A stretch of 64,000 bases of DNA. Source: Staphylococcus phage Twort. A program made the position numbers and the translations under genes. Below the pieces are notes generated by a model. The model was not told the origin of the DNA, searched no databases, and saw only the letters and a program-made list of their open reading frames with translations. The stretch's first letter is position 1, and the number at the start of each line of letters is the position of its first letter. The stretch lies in the sequence record NC_007021.1; one strand, given 5' to 3'. Positions 40,101 through 49,655 of the stretch are shown piece by piece.

Positions 40101-40585
40101 CGTTTGATTCACTTAAATGGGAGCCTGTAGGTAACTACCAAGATATTGAAATTGATTCAGTTATTAAGAAAGTTAAGTTACGTGCAACATTTAATTCTAA
40201 TAGATATATTTCACCATTATTAAGCGTATCTGACTTAACATTTACAACATTCTTAACTAACCTTAAAGGTAGTTATATTGCACGTGGGGTAGATATGAGT
40301 GAAGCACCGTTTAATACTATTAGACTTAGTTATGAAGCTTTCTTACCTCAAGGAGCAACGGTAACACCTAGATATTCAGTAGATGGTGGATTAACATGGA
40401 AAGAATTTAGTAAACCTGCTACAAAGACTAAAGCTAACAATGAATTTACTAGACACGTGATTGATGAAAAAACAAACTCATTGTCTAAAGATAAAAAACT
40501 TAAAGTTAGATTAGACCTTGCAACTAAGAACAGTTTCTTACGACCACGAGTACGACGACTAATGGTTACAACTAGAGATGAGTAA
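37130..40585 (+). CDS. large tail / adsorption-associated structural protein
   Basis: 1151-aa ORF. Confidence 0.5.
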   Translation: MALNFSGSPYLDRFDPTKNRTRVLFNPDRPLQQSELNELQSIQTYYLKNFGDAVFKDGDKVSGMGFTLDTGNILKVNPGYVYLNGKVRYYESNSSVKLTKVGREEVGIKLTERIVTADEDNNLLDQTSGVPSYFSKGADRVQEDMVLTVNDPSSATIYVFQDGELYIQASNPEYDRINKVLAERTYEESGSYKVEGFEIFSDAEGKGGDTVPVTVDSGIAYVLGYRVNKPVSTRLNLQKSYDLGTAENESTIYNNSSKIITLANKPVKQVNRVTGQVLVEKESVSRDSVGDTVDYLANNTAFEIVKVWTETSPGVTTKEYKQGVDYRLTNGQSVDWSLGGEEPKGGTTYYVSYKYNRRMESGKDYALKTSGEGANKYWYLDFNTSGTKPIDQSVVLVDYNYYLARQDLIVLDKDGNIKALKGEPNILRNVTPPLQHDPFTLQLGYVTVFPDSDATECYTQSIERLSMESLQKMKTRIDNLEYNQALNALDDGAMEGQNPLTLRSVFSEGFVSLEKADVTHPEYGVAMSFEDSEATLQYTTSVNDPNLLTDSSNIHNWGRIVSAPFTEERTIYQPLASETLNVNPYNIPNKQGKLKLTPSEDNWIDEENVTINQFGKSKVVNTRRWWVHPEASAKRNAKARAEQAKIELDNGLEFGSSFEKWRASATGTMTEVGHKTLEEMIEFIRQRDVKFEVTGLHPNDNNLVLYFDGVRAPITPDAGYRKGTEEGSIIANAKGTAKGKFTIPAGIRCGNREVSLKNENSVSSTTYLAHGRKKINQEIILRTRVTVNLIDPLAQSFQYDENRIISSVGLYFASKGDANSNVTIQVREVGNQGFPTKTIYGEQVVNSSDIKVSNNASAETRVHFDDPIMVEAGKEYALVILTENDEYTMWVGTRTKPRIDKPSETISGNPYARGVLYSSSNASAWTIHQNSDLKFGIYTAKFNDTAQIEFEEMTDVKGDRLVLMSTYLTPENTGCTWEMKVITDAMNDGTTFDSLKWEPVGNYQDIEIDSVIKKVKLRATFNSNRYISPLLSVSDLTFTTFLTNLKGSYIARGVDMSEAPFNTIRLSYEAFLPQGATVTPRYSVDGGLTWKEFSKPATKTKANNEFTRHVIDEKTNSLSKDKKLKVRLDLATKNSFLRPRVRRLMVTTRDE

Positions 40586-40591
40586 TTTTAA

Positions 40592-40618
40592 GGGAAGAAT
40601 TACTCTTCCCTTTTTTTA
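40592..40618 (+). terminator. Rho-independent terminator
   Basis: gggaagaattactcttccc followed by TTTTTTT. Confidence 0.7.
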
Positions 40619-40635
40619 TAAAGGAATGATTAATT

Positions 40636-40803
40636 ATGCCTAATGAATATAGAGACCCTTATTCACAAACAAAAATATTTATCCCAACGCCCCAAGAAAA
40701 AAGTGTTTTGGAAATGCATGATAGGTTAAATAAAAAAGAAAAATTATTAGATGAGAAGTTAAAACAAATAGATGAATTAATTAGTAGAGGTGGACTAAAA
40801 TAA
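40636..40803 (+). CDS. small hypothetical protein (55 aa)
   Basis: ATG preceded by AAGGAATGATTAATT, an RBS/start arrangement reused at 61828 and 61170; stop overlaps the next start. Confidence 0.3.
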   Translation: MPNEYRDPYSQTKIFIPTPQEKSVLEMHDRLNKKEKLLDEKLKQIDELISRGGLK

Positions 40804-41852
40804 TGGCTTTCACTTTTAAACAGCTAAAGGGTACAGATTATTTAAGAGATGCTTACCCTAAAATAAATGAATTAGGTATTAATAGTGCTTCTCTTTCCCA
40901 AGAAGTAGACAAAATTAAGGAAATGTTTTCTGACATACAATCCTTTAATATCACAGATAATACAGGAAAAACACCAGAGGGCTCTCAAATAAATCAGGAT
41001 TATCTTAATAATTACATTGATGTGTATGGCTCCTTAACTTACCCACCAAGCAATACAGCTAGCAATGGTTGGGTTAATGCAAGAATAACTAATTCTGGAG
41101 AGGGAATACTTATTTTCTTACCCGATAATTCAGAAAAGATATTTAAGAAAACTAAACATAGCGGTCAATGGTCTGATTGGACTAGTTTTAGTTCTGATGC
41201 GGAACTTAACAAATTTATTCCAGGAGACATAAATAATAACGGGGATTTTGACTATAAATGGGATTCAGGTTCTGGAACACTAGAGGAAGAAATATCTAAA
41301 GTAGCACCAGGACTATCCTTATTTTATGCAAACCAACATATGAGCAACTCTAAATTTACAGAGCCAGTTAGAGGTACCATTCAAAAAGACCTAGTAAGCA
41401 ATGGATATGTAGCAATTGTTAAAGCAATTGGATATTCTGGAAAAGAATATGTAATACCTGTTATTAATGGTACAGCTAAACCATTACAGCAAACAATAAT
41501 GACGACGGACTTATGGAAGGGTAGTCAAGACCTTGCTACTAAAAGTACATTACGATTAAATGATGCAGTAAGTAATTATGACTATTTAGAATTTTACGTA
41601 GAGTTTTACGTAGGTGGGGTTAATACATTTAAAGCACCTTCAAGACTAACTACAGTATATTTCAGGGACTTTAACCTAACAAATAATGATACCAACTCAG
41701 GTTTCGATTTATTTGAAGGAGCGGTGTCTATTGATAGTTCAGGCTTAACTTTTACACCGTACTTAAGTAAAAAGGTAACAGGTAGTAGTATATGGTTTAA
41801 TCAAACAGGTTATATTACAATAAAATCTATAACGGGAATTAAGCATGTATAG
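40803..41852 (+). CDS. tail fibre / receptor-binding-region protein
   Basis: 349-aa ORF. Confidence 0.4.
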   Translation: MAFTFKQLKGTDYLRDAYPKINELGINSASLSQEVDKIKEMFSDIQSFNITDNTGKTPEGSQINQDYLNNYIDVYGSLTYPPSNTASNGWVNARITNSGEGILIFLPDNSEKIFKKTKHSGQWSDWTSFSSDAELNKFIPGDINNNGDFDYKWDSGSGTLEEEISKVAPGLSLFYANQHMSNSKFTEPVRGTIQKDLVSNGYVAIVKAIGYSGKEYVIPVINGTAKPLQQTIMTTDLWKGSQDLATKSTLRLNDAVSNYDYLEFYVEFYVGGVNTFKAPSRLTTVYFRDFNLTNNDTNSGFDLFEGAVSIDSSGLTFTPYLSKKVTGSSIWFNQTGYITIKSITGIKHV

Positions 41853-41867
41853 AAAGGAAGATAAATA

Positions 41868-42233
41868 ATGGGAAGACAAATTAATTTTGCAGTAGATGGT
41901 TATGTGTTACTTTTACTAGATAAAAATCTTATTACAGGATACGTAACTTATGGGCAAGCTGAACCAGGTATGCCACAAGTTATTGTGCATGAAGATTTAC
42001 TACCTAAAGACTTCTTTAAAGAATTTAAAGTAAATAAATACAAATATTACAGTTCACCTGAAGAAATTATTATTAATCCAGACTATAAAGACCCACAACA
42101 AGAAGAGCTCGAACAGGAAGAGAAACCCCAACAATCTACAACAGGTTCTAAATCAGTTGAGCAGTTAATGGATGAACTACAGAGTATTAAGGATATGCAA
42201 AACAAGATTTTAGAGTTACTTATGAGAAAGTAG
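41868..42233 (+). CDS. hypothetical protein (fibre chaperone candidate)
   Basis: 121-aa ORF. Confidence 0.35.
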   Translation: MGRQINFAVDGYVLLLLDKNLITGYVTYGQAEPGMPQVIVHEDLLPKDFFKEFKVNKYKYYSSPEEIIINPDYKDPQQEELEQEEKPQQSTTGSKSVEQLMDELQSIKDMQNKILELLMRK

Positions 42234-42241
42234 GGCAATAC

Positions 42242-43570
42242 ATGGCATTAATAAATTTTAAAGAAATAACAGAATCTGACACACTCAAAGCACTAACGGA
42301 GGCTGTTAATAACATAGGTACAGAGTTATCTGAGGACGGTAATATTTTTGCTAAGGTTGAAAAGTTAGAAACACAATCTGCAAGTACCCCTAAGTATTAC
42401 CTAGTTCAAGATAGTGGTAAAGCTAAACAAGTATCAAGTAGAAGCTCATTAAGTAGTATTACACAAACAGGATTCTATTATGTATCATCTAACGTATCTT
42501 TCTATATATCAGAATTACCACAAGAGCTTAGAACAGATTTACTGTTAAGTGTATATCAAACAGAAGTAGGGGTAGTTCAGTTTATTAACACTATATCAAC
42601 TGTCGAGTCGAAAAAATACTTTGCCTACCGTGTGAATTATAATGGTATGGCTGGCTCTTGGAGATTTATAGACTCAAGAATTAATAATAGAAGTACACTG
42701 GTTGTTGGTGGTTCCTATAAAGATATTATTACACCAGGTAATTACATTGTAAATAGTTTAAAAGATTTACCAGATAGTAATTCCGACGGGTATTTATCTG
42801 TAATAACGAATCAATCTGATGAACGTTCTTATATTTACATTAGTCCAGATAATAAAATGTATCATTCAGTATCTAATCAATCTAAAGACTATGAGTGGGT
42901 TAAAGAGTTTGAGACAAAAGATATTGAAAAATATTTACTTACTAATTTAGATGGTTCTTTTAATTTACTTATTTATAGTAACGAGGGTAAATCTTTTGAA
43001 ACTAAAGTATTAGAATACTTAAACTCATTAGATAAACCACGAACTTTTACATTTTATATACAAGGTGGGGTTTCTGGAAACCCATCATCTGGTAGTTGTA
43101 GAGGTCTTTTTGTAATAGATTCTATAAACTATGGTAACTACTATATGATTGATAACTATGGTAATTTATTTACAGGTTCCTTAAACAACGGAGCGTTACT
43201 TAAAGCAAAACCTTCTACGTCCTCTGATGTATTATGGACAGGTGCAAAAAACTTCACTGATAAAGGCACTGTTGAGACTCTTAAGTTCCCTATTGCTGAT
43301 TATGAATATGTAAAAATATTTGTTACAGTACCATCACAAGGACCAAATACAAGTGACATTACAAACGATTTACAAAACGGCGCTCACGAGTTTTACATTA
43401 AAGGACAATCACGAGCATCAGTGTCAGGTCTAGTTGTATCTTCAGATACTAAATTTGATTTATATCGTGTAGGTATTGCCTTTGGACAAAAGTCATGGCG
43501 TATTACAGATATGGCAAAAACAAATACTAAGAATGCTTATATTACACGTATTGTAGGTATAAACTATTAA
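42242..43570 (+). CDS. tail fibre / receptor-binding protein candidate
   Basis: 442-aa ORF, last gene of the structural block. Confidence 0.4.
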   Translation: MALINFKEITESDTLKALTEAVNNIGTELSEDGNIFAKVEKLETQSASTPKYYLVQDSGKAKQVSSRSSLSSITQTGFYYVSSNVSFYISELPQELRTDLLLSVYQTEVGVVQFINTISTVESKKYFAYRVNYNGMAGSWRFIDSRINNRSTLVVGGSYKDIITPGNYIVNSLKDLPDSNSDGYLSVITNQSDERSYIYISPDNKMYHSVSNQSKDYEWVKEFETKDIEKYLLTNLDGSFNLLIYSNEGKSFETKVLEYLNSLDKPRTFTFYIQGGVSGNPSSGSCRGLFVIDSINYGNYYMIDNYGNLFTGSLNNGALLKAKPSTSSDVLWTGAKNFTDKGTVETLKFPIADYEYVKIFVTVPSQGPNTSDITNDLQNGAHEFYIKGQSRASVSGLVVSSDTKFDLYRVGIAFGQKSWRITDMAKTNTKNAYITRIVGINY

Positions 43571-43627
43571 AACTAGGATTAATTTCCTAGTTTTTTTATT
43601 GACTTAATACTAAAAGTATGATAAAAT
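43571..43627 (+). promoter_or_regulatory. Terminator (ctagga..tcctag followed by TTTTTTT) directly followed by promoter TTGACT-17-TGaTAAAAT
   Basis: hairpin 43573-43590; T-run 43591-43597; ttgact 43599-43604; taaaat 43622-43627. Confidence 0.55.
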
Positions 43628-43658
43628 AACCCTTGTGTATAGGGGGAAGGGAGCTTTT

Positions 43659-46600
43659 ATGAAGTTACGTATAAAAAACCTTTTCACTTATGTTGAATTT
43701 GAGGAGGATGATAAGTATTTAAAGGACATATTTTTAAAACGTGTACATAAAACAATTGGCGCAAGACAACAAGGATTTCAGTTTAGTCCTGCATATAAGA
43801 GAGGTAGTTGGGATGGATACATTGATTTCTATGTTTACGAGGAGGATAAATTCCCCACAGGGCTCCTACATAGAGTAGAGTTATTACTAGGAGAATTACA
43901 ATCAAGATATAACTTCCAATATTCTAAGATTGATGAACGTTCTGAAAGTTTCTTAGCTCCTGAAGATATTGACAAAGAAATTAAATTACTTGATAATAAG
44001 ATAGGTCAGATTACTTTAAGAGAATATCAATATCAAGCTGTGTACGAAAGTTTGGTTAATTTTAATGGCGTATTAAAGATTGCGACTAATGGTGGTAAAT
44101 GTATTTCTATGGATTCTATGATTTTAACTACAGAAGGGTACAAGTCTCTTCAAGAGATTTTTGAAACTCAAGGAGTTAAAGTAGATAATAAAGAAAAAGT
44201 CATAGAATTAAAATATCCATTAATAAATCGTTATGGTGACGTTGAGTACACTAGTCACTTTACTAAGAATGGAGAAAAGCCTACAAAGAGAATAAAAACT
44301 AATAAAGGTATTGAGTTAGTTAATACTTATAATCACCCATTATTAGTTAGAGAAGGTTTTAATCTTATATGGAAAAAAAGTGAAGATATTGAAGTAGGAG
44401 ATATTTTAGTATCTAGAGTAGGAGACCATCAATTTGGTAACAACAATACTGTAGAAAATGAAGAGGAAGCCTATGCATTAGGTTGTATGGTAGCTGACAG
44501 TTATTTAGGTTCTTACAGTCGTTTATCGTTTTCTAACGATAAAAAAGAGATACTAGATAAAGTTTCTAAATTTTGGAATACTTTCAGTAATAAAGAAGTT
44601 TATTATGATACGTATAAAGAATCTAAAGGTATAACTATACACTTACATGACACAAATAAAACTAAAGAATTTCATGATAAATATAAAATTGAATACGGAG
44701 TAGCAAAAGATAAGAAAATACCTAAGTGTATTATGGAATCTCCTGAAAATATTCAATTAGCATTTGTAAGTGGTTACTTAGAATGTGAGTCTAGTATATC
44801 AGAAAAGAACTTAGAAGTTACGAGTGCTTCTAAAGATTTACTAAAAGACTTACAACTTATTCTTTCTAATATAGGGATTGTATCAACTAATAAAGAAAAA
44901 GTAGTTAAAAAATACAAACACAATAAGTATTATAGACTTATAGTTAATAGAAAAGAATTGATTAAATTATTACCTTTATTAAGATTTGAAACACAACAAA
45001 GAAAAAATCAAAAAGAGAACTTCTTATCTAATAATACAAAAATTAAAAGTTCTTATGGAAACACTATAGAAGGGTCACGTTATTTATTAAAAAAATATAG
45101 AGATTCTTTAAATATAGACAAAAAAGAATTTAGTAAGTATCTTTCAAGAGATACTATTACTATTGATAGACTTAGAGAAGTAATTTCCTTATACCCTGAC
45201 GGGGATAAGGAAATTAGAGAACTTTTTGAAAATGTAGTAAATAATAATATTTACTACCAGAAAGTAGAACAAGTATTAGAAGGGGAGATTATACCTACAT
45301 TTGATGTATGTATGCCAAAAACACATAGTTTTATTGCCAACACTATTGTTAATCATAATACAGAATGTGCCAGTGGAATTATAGACCAATTACTACCACA
45401 ACTTGAAAAAGGGGAAACAATAGCTTTTTTCACAGGTTCTACAGAAATCTTTCATCAATCAGCAGATAGATTAAAAGAACGCTTAAATATTCCTATTGGT
45501 AAAATAGGTGCAGGTAAGTTTGATGTTAAACAGGTAAACGTTGTAATGATACCTACATTGAACTCAAATATGAAAGACCCTACAGAAGGATTAAAAGTTA
45601 CACCTAAGCAAAATATTAGTAAAAAGATAGCTAAGGAAGTATTGCCTAAATTTGAAGGTGGCAAGAATCAAAAAAGGTTTATGGGTATGTACTTAAAACA
45701 GTTTGAACCTAAAACTAAAGTAGACCAAAAGGTTAAAGATGAGTTAATTAATATTTACAATACTTCTAAGTCAGACCAAGAGTTACTACTTAACCTTAGA
45801 AAACATAATGTTATCTTCCAAAATATTGCGAAGAGTAAGAATGAAAAGAAATATAATAAGTATCACCAAATGCGTGAATTCTTAGACTCAGTTGCTGTAA
45901 TGATAGTAGATGAGGCGCACCATAGTAAATCTGATTCATGGTATAATAACCTAATGACTTGTGATAATGCACTGTACAGAATAGCTTTGACAGGTTCTAT
46001 TGATACACAAGATGATTTATTGAATATGAGATTAGAAGCATTATTCGGTGAAGTTATTTCTAGAGTATCAAATGAGTTTTTAATAAGTGAAGGGCACTCT
46101 GCTAAGCCTACTATTAATACAATACCTATAATGACACCTAAAGATATAGAAAACCAAAAAGAATATAGGGACGTTTATGATGAAGGGATAACAAATAATG
46201 AATTTAGAAATAAACTTATTGCAAAACTAACAGAAAAGTGGTATAATAAGGACAAAGGTGTTTTAATCATTGTTAACTTTATTACCCATGGGGAAAATAT
46301 ATCTAAATTACTAGAAGAGTTAGGCATAGAACATTTCTTCTTACACGGTGAAGTAGATTCAGAACTACGACAACAAAAATTAAATGATATGAGAAGTGGA
46401 AAGTTAAAAGTTATGATTGCTACAAGTCTCATTGATGAGGGAGTAGACATTAGTGGTATTCATGCACTTATCTTAGGTGCAGGAGGTAAGTCACTAAGAC
46501 AAGTTCTACAGCGTATTGGTAGAGCTTTACGTAAGAAGAAGGATGATAATACAACACAGATATTTGATTTTGAGGATAGAACACATAAATTTTTATATGA

Positions 46601-46673
46601 GCATTTTAAGCAAAGATTATCTATTTATGAAGAAGAAAAGTTTGAAGTAAAAGATGTTACAAGAAAGGGATAG
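43659..46673 (+). CDS. SF2 DNA helicase (DEAH box) containing a 420-aa intein; ATG 43659 preferred as start
   Basis: P-loop ..ATNGGK|..|TEC.. is split by the insert. DEAH motif at ..MIVDEAHHSKS.. . RBS GGGGGAAGGGAG precedes ATG 43659. Confidence 0.8.
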   Translation: MKLRIKNLFTYVEFEEDDKYLKDIFLKRVHKTIGARQQGFQFSPAYKRGSWDGYIDFYVYEEDKFPTGLLHRVELLLGELQSRYNFQYSKIDERSESFLAPEDIDKEIKLLDNKIGQITLREYQYQAVYESLVNFNGVLKIATNGGKCISMDSMILTTEGYKSLQEIFETQGVKVDNKEKVIELKYPLINRYGDVEYTSHFTKNGEKPTKRIKTNKGIELVNTYNHPLLVREGFNLIWKKSEDIEVGDILVSRVGDHQFGNNNTVENEEEAYALGCMVADSYLGSYSRLSFSNDKKEILDKVSKFWNTFSNKEVYYDTYKESKGITIHLHDTNKTKEFHDKYKIEYGVAKDKKIPKCIMESPENIQLAFVSGYLECESSISEKNLEVTSASKDLLKDLQLILSNIGIVSTNKEKVVKKYKHNKYYRLIVNRKELIKLLPLLRFETQQRKNQKENFLSNNTKIKSSYGNTIEGSRYLLKKYRDSLNIDKKEFSKYLSRDTITIDRLREVISLYPDGDKEIRELFENVVNNNIYYQKVEQVLEGEIIPTFDVCMPKTHSFIANTIVNHNTECASGIIDQLLPQLEKGETIAFFTGSTEIFHQSADRLKERLNIPIGKIGAGKFDVKQVNVVMIPTLNSNMKDPTEGLKVTPKQNISKKIAKEVLPKFEGGKNQKRFMGMYLKQFEPKTKVDQKVKDELINIYNTSKSDQELLLNLRKHNVIFQNIAKSKNEKKYNKYHQMREFLDSVAVMIVDEAHHSKSDSWYNNLMTCDNALYRIALTGSIDTQDDLLNMRLEALFGEVISRVSNEFLISEGHSAKPTINTIPIMTPKDIENQKEYRDVYDEGITNNEFRNKLIAKLTEKWYNKDKGVLIIVNFITHGENISKLLEELGIEHFFLHGEVDSELRQQKLNDMRSGKLKVMIATSLIDEGVDISGIHALILGAGGKSLRQVLQRIGRALRKKKDDNTTQIFDFEDRTHKFLYEHFKQRLSIYEEEKFEVKDVTRKG
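44100..45359 (+). mobile_element. Intein with LAGLIDADG homing-endonuclease domain inserted in the helicase Walker-A motif
   Basis: Starts with Cys (CISMDSMILT, block A) and ends ..IVNHN followed by Thr (+1). TxxH block B in ..TYNHPLLV.. . Two LAGLIDADG-like motifs (..LGCMVADSY.., ..FVSGYLECES..). Excision restores GGK-T. Confidence 0.8.
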
Positions 46674-46678
46674 ATTAG

Positions 46679-48166
46679 ATGAGTAAGATAAAGAGAAGAT
46701 TATATAGTTATTTAGAACAGTATTCATTAAAGCATGAATACATAGCAACAACAAAAAAAGAATTAGCTGAAAAACTTAATATCTCTTTGTCTGCTCTTAC
46801 ATCTAACCTTAAGACCTTAGAAAATGAAGGTAAGATTGTTACTTCTACTAAACGTGGAAACAATGGTGGGTTTATTGTTACCCTTAATTTACCTAATACT
46901 GTTAATGAGGTAGAAGGTAATATAATAGAGTCTAGTAAAGACTACGCTAACTATTTAAAAGAAAAAGTATTTCCTACTTACCAATACAACTATAAAGGTA
47001 AACGTAGAACTAAAGTTGAAATGGTAAAATATAATGCTATTAAGGATAAGCAAAGAAAAGTTATATATGATATGAACTACTACTTAGATGGATTGCTATA
47101 TCCTGATAAAGAATTATTTAACTTATCTTATGACCCAGAAGGTTTTTATAAGGCATTTATTTTATATAAGCTCTATAATCAATACTCAGCTATGTTTTGT
47201 AAGCATAAGTTTGAAGAAACTAAAAAGGATTTTTATACTGCTAAAATGCAGTATTATATGAATTATCCTACACCTAAAAACTTCTTTAGTACAAAAGAGT
47301 TTACTATATTCTATAAATTACAAAAGTTAACTAAAGAATATGATATTAATGTATTTAAGTACATTCAAAATGTATTTAAGAACGTAGATTATGAATATAG
47401 GAATGGATACAAGAAAACATATTTACCACAACCTAACTACCTTATAAGTGAGAAGTATATAGATAGGTATTTAAAATATGTAAAAGGAGTAACTAAGAAT
47501 GTAAATACTACACAAAGACATGTAGGGGATTTAGAACTACTTGTAGATAGTTCTATATTTACAGAAGATTTAGTTGTTCAACAGTTACACCAACTATATA
47601 TAGAAGGTATTAATATTAGTAAGGTAGATATTAACTCTATATTTAATAGTGCTTTAGATGTAGAAGATGTAATGCTAGGACTATCTAGTAATGAAAAACA
47701 ACTAGTACTATTAAACTTTAATTATGAAGTAGAACAAAAAGTTAGTCATCTACCTGATAAAAATAAATTACTAATTACGAATTATGTAAAGCAGTTAATT
47801 ATTAATGAATATGATAGCTCTATAATCTCTAATAAGGCTTTACTTTCTATGTTTACGTTAGAACGGGAGTATTTTGTTGGTAGTAAAGTATTTAATACAC
47901 AAGAATCTTTATTTAAGTATAAGGATTTTGTAGGTACTTTAAATAACCAAGGTAATACTTTAGTAGGGTATACGTATTTAGTTTATAGAAACTTTAATAA
48001 CCTTATGTATACTATTAGAATGTATGGTGACTTGAAAGGGTATCAAACAAATTTAAAAGATTTACATAATGTGTTAGAAAAAAATAATCTAAAAGGGTTG
48101 ATTCCTTTTACTAAGTATGGTACACTTGATTATGACAAATTGAAAGGAAGATATGATAATGAGTAA
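46679..48166 (+). CDS. DNA-binding replication protein (N-terminal winged-helix HTH)
   Basis: 495 aa; N-terminal HTH-like ..LAEKLNISLSALTSNLKTLENEGKI.. Confidence 0.45.
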   Translation: MSKIKRRLYSYLEQYSLKHEYIATTKKELAEKLNISLSALTSNLKTLENEGKIVTSTKRGNNGGFIVTLNLPNTVNEVEGNIIESSKDYANYLKEKVFPTYQYNYKGKRRTKVEMVKYNAIKDKQRKVIYDMNYYLDGLLYPDKELFNLSYDPEGFYKAFILYKLYNQYSAMFCKHKFEETKKDFYTAKMQYYMNYPTPKNFFSTKEFTIFYKLQKLTKEYDINVFKYIQNVFKNVDYEYRNGYKKTYLPQPNYLISEKYIDRYLKYVKGVTKNVNTTQRHVGDLELLVDSSIFTEDLVVQQLHQLYIEGINISKVDINSIFNSALDVEDVMLGLSSNEKQLVLLNFNYEVEQKVSHLPDKNKLLITNYVKQLIINEYDSSIISNKALLSMFTLEREYFVGSKVFNTQESLFKYKDFVGTLNNQGNTLVGYTYLVYRNFNNLMYTIRMYGDLKGYQTNLKDLHNVLEKNNLKGLIPFTKYGTLDYDKLKGRYDNE

Positions 48167-49595
48167 AAAGATTAAGGAGATTATTTTACATAATTCATTA
48201 AAAGACCCTAATTTTGCTAGAGATATTCTAACACAACTACCTAAGCATTTGTTTAGTTCCGAATCCGAAAAGATGGGGTATATTTATACCGCAATTAAAA
48301 GACTCACATACACCGTTGATAATTACTCAACAGATACGGTTGCTATTAAAGTAGAGGGCTTGATGAATACAAACCAAGAGTCAGAAGAAGATGTTACGAA
48401 TGCTCTAAAATATTTAGATACTTTATACACTGTTAAAGTAGACAACAAAGACGAGTCATTGAAAACAGAAATTAATAAATACATTAAGAAAGAGTTATCT
48501 AAAGAAGCATTGGTAAAGTTCATTTCAGAAAATAAACAAGAAGATTCTGATAACTTCACGGAACTTATAGAGCAACTTAAACAAATAGAAGTTAATAACC
48601 TCGGTGATGGTGATGGTGAGTTTTTAGACTTCTTTAATGATGTAGAGAAGAAAAAAGAATTACTATCTAAACTATCTGTAAATAAATATTCTACAGGGTA
48701 TACTTCATTAGATGCACAAATTGAGGGTGGTATTGCTCGTGGAGAAGTAGGTTTAGTTATTGCACCTTCTGGTAGGGGTAAATCTTTAATGGCATCAAAC
48801 TTAGCTAGAAATTATGTTGTTAATGGTTTAAACGTATTATATATCGGTTTAGAGGAAAAGTTAGACCGTATGGTACTCAGAACTGAACAACAAATTTTAG
48901 GTGTGGATAAATCAGCATTATTAAAAGATAAATTACAACTAAATGAGCAAGTATTTGATGCTATCCAATCAAAATATAAAGAGTACCCTACACTAGGTAA
49001 CTTATATATGTCTAAGCATATGCCTGGTGAAGTGAGTCCTACTAAGTTAGAGCAAATTATTATAAACACAATGATTCGTAAAGATATTCAAATTGATGTA
49101 GTAATTATTGACTACCCTAAGTTAATGCGTAACCCTTATGAGAAGTACGCATCTGAGAGTGAATCAGGTGGAAGACTATTTGAGGATATACGTAGACTAT
49201 CACAACAATATAATTTTGTATGTTGGACTTTAGCACAAACAAACAGAAACGCTTATGGTAGTGATGTAATCACAAGTGAACACGTAGAGGGAAGTCGTAA
49301 GATTATTAATGCTGTAGAAGTAGCATTAGTATTAAATCAAAAAGATATTGAGTTTAAAAACGGATTTTTGCGTTTATATTTAGATAAAGTACGGAATAGC
49401 TCTAATACAGGGGAAAGATTTGTACATATGAAAGTAAACCCTATGAAGATGAGAATTAAAGATGAAACAGAGGAAGAGTATAAAGAACACTTAGCTTTAT
49501 TATCAGATGATGGTAGAGAAGATACAAGTAAGTTCCAAAAGAAAGAAAATAAAGTAGACCAACTAAATAATTCTTTTGGTGGGTTAGAAATTTAA
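48153..49595 (+). CDS. DnaB-like / RecA-superfamily ATPase (second helicase)
   Basis: Walker A ..GLVIAPSGRGKS.. and Walker B ..VVIIDYP.. Confidence 0.6.
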   Translation: MIMSKKIKEIILHNSLKDPNFARDILTQLPKHLFSSESEKMGYIYTAIKRLTYTVDNYSTDTVAIKVEGLMNTNQESEEDVTNALKYLDTLYTVKVDNKDESLKTEINKYIKKELSKEALVKFISENKQEDSDNFTELIEQLKQIEVNNLGDGDGEFLDFFNDVEKKKELLSKLSVNKYSTGYTSLDAQIEGGIARGEVGLVIAPSGRGKSLMASNLARNYVVNGLNVLYIGLEEKLDRMVLRTEQQILGVDKSALLKDKLQLNEQVFDAIQSKYKEYPTLGNLYMSKHMPGEVSPTKLEQIIINTMIRKDIQIDVVIIDYPKLMRNPYEKYASESESGGRLFEDIRRLSQQYNFVCWTLAQTNRNAYGSDVITSEHVEGSRKIINAVEVALVLNQKDIEFKNGFLRLYLDKVRNSSNTGERFVHMKVNPMKMRIKDETEEEYKEHLALLSDDGREDTSKFQKKENKVDQLNNSFGGLEI

Positions 49596-49600
49596 TTAAA

Positions 49601-49633
49601 AGCCTTGACAAACTAAATGTCAGGGCTTATAAT
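49601..49633 (+). promoter_or_regulatory. Promoter TTGACA-17-TATAAT whose -35 and spacer form a 10-bp hairpin
   Basis: agccttgaca..tgtcagggct stem 49601-49627; tataat 49628-49633. Confidence 0.45.
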
Positions 49634-49655
49634 TTTAGTATAAAGGAGGGTATTT

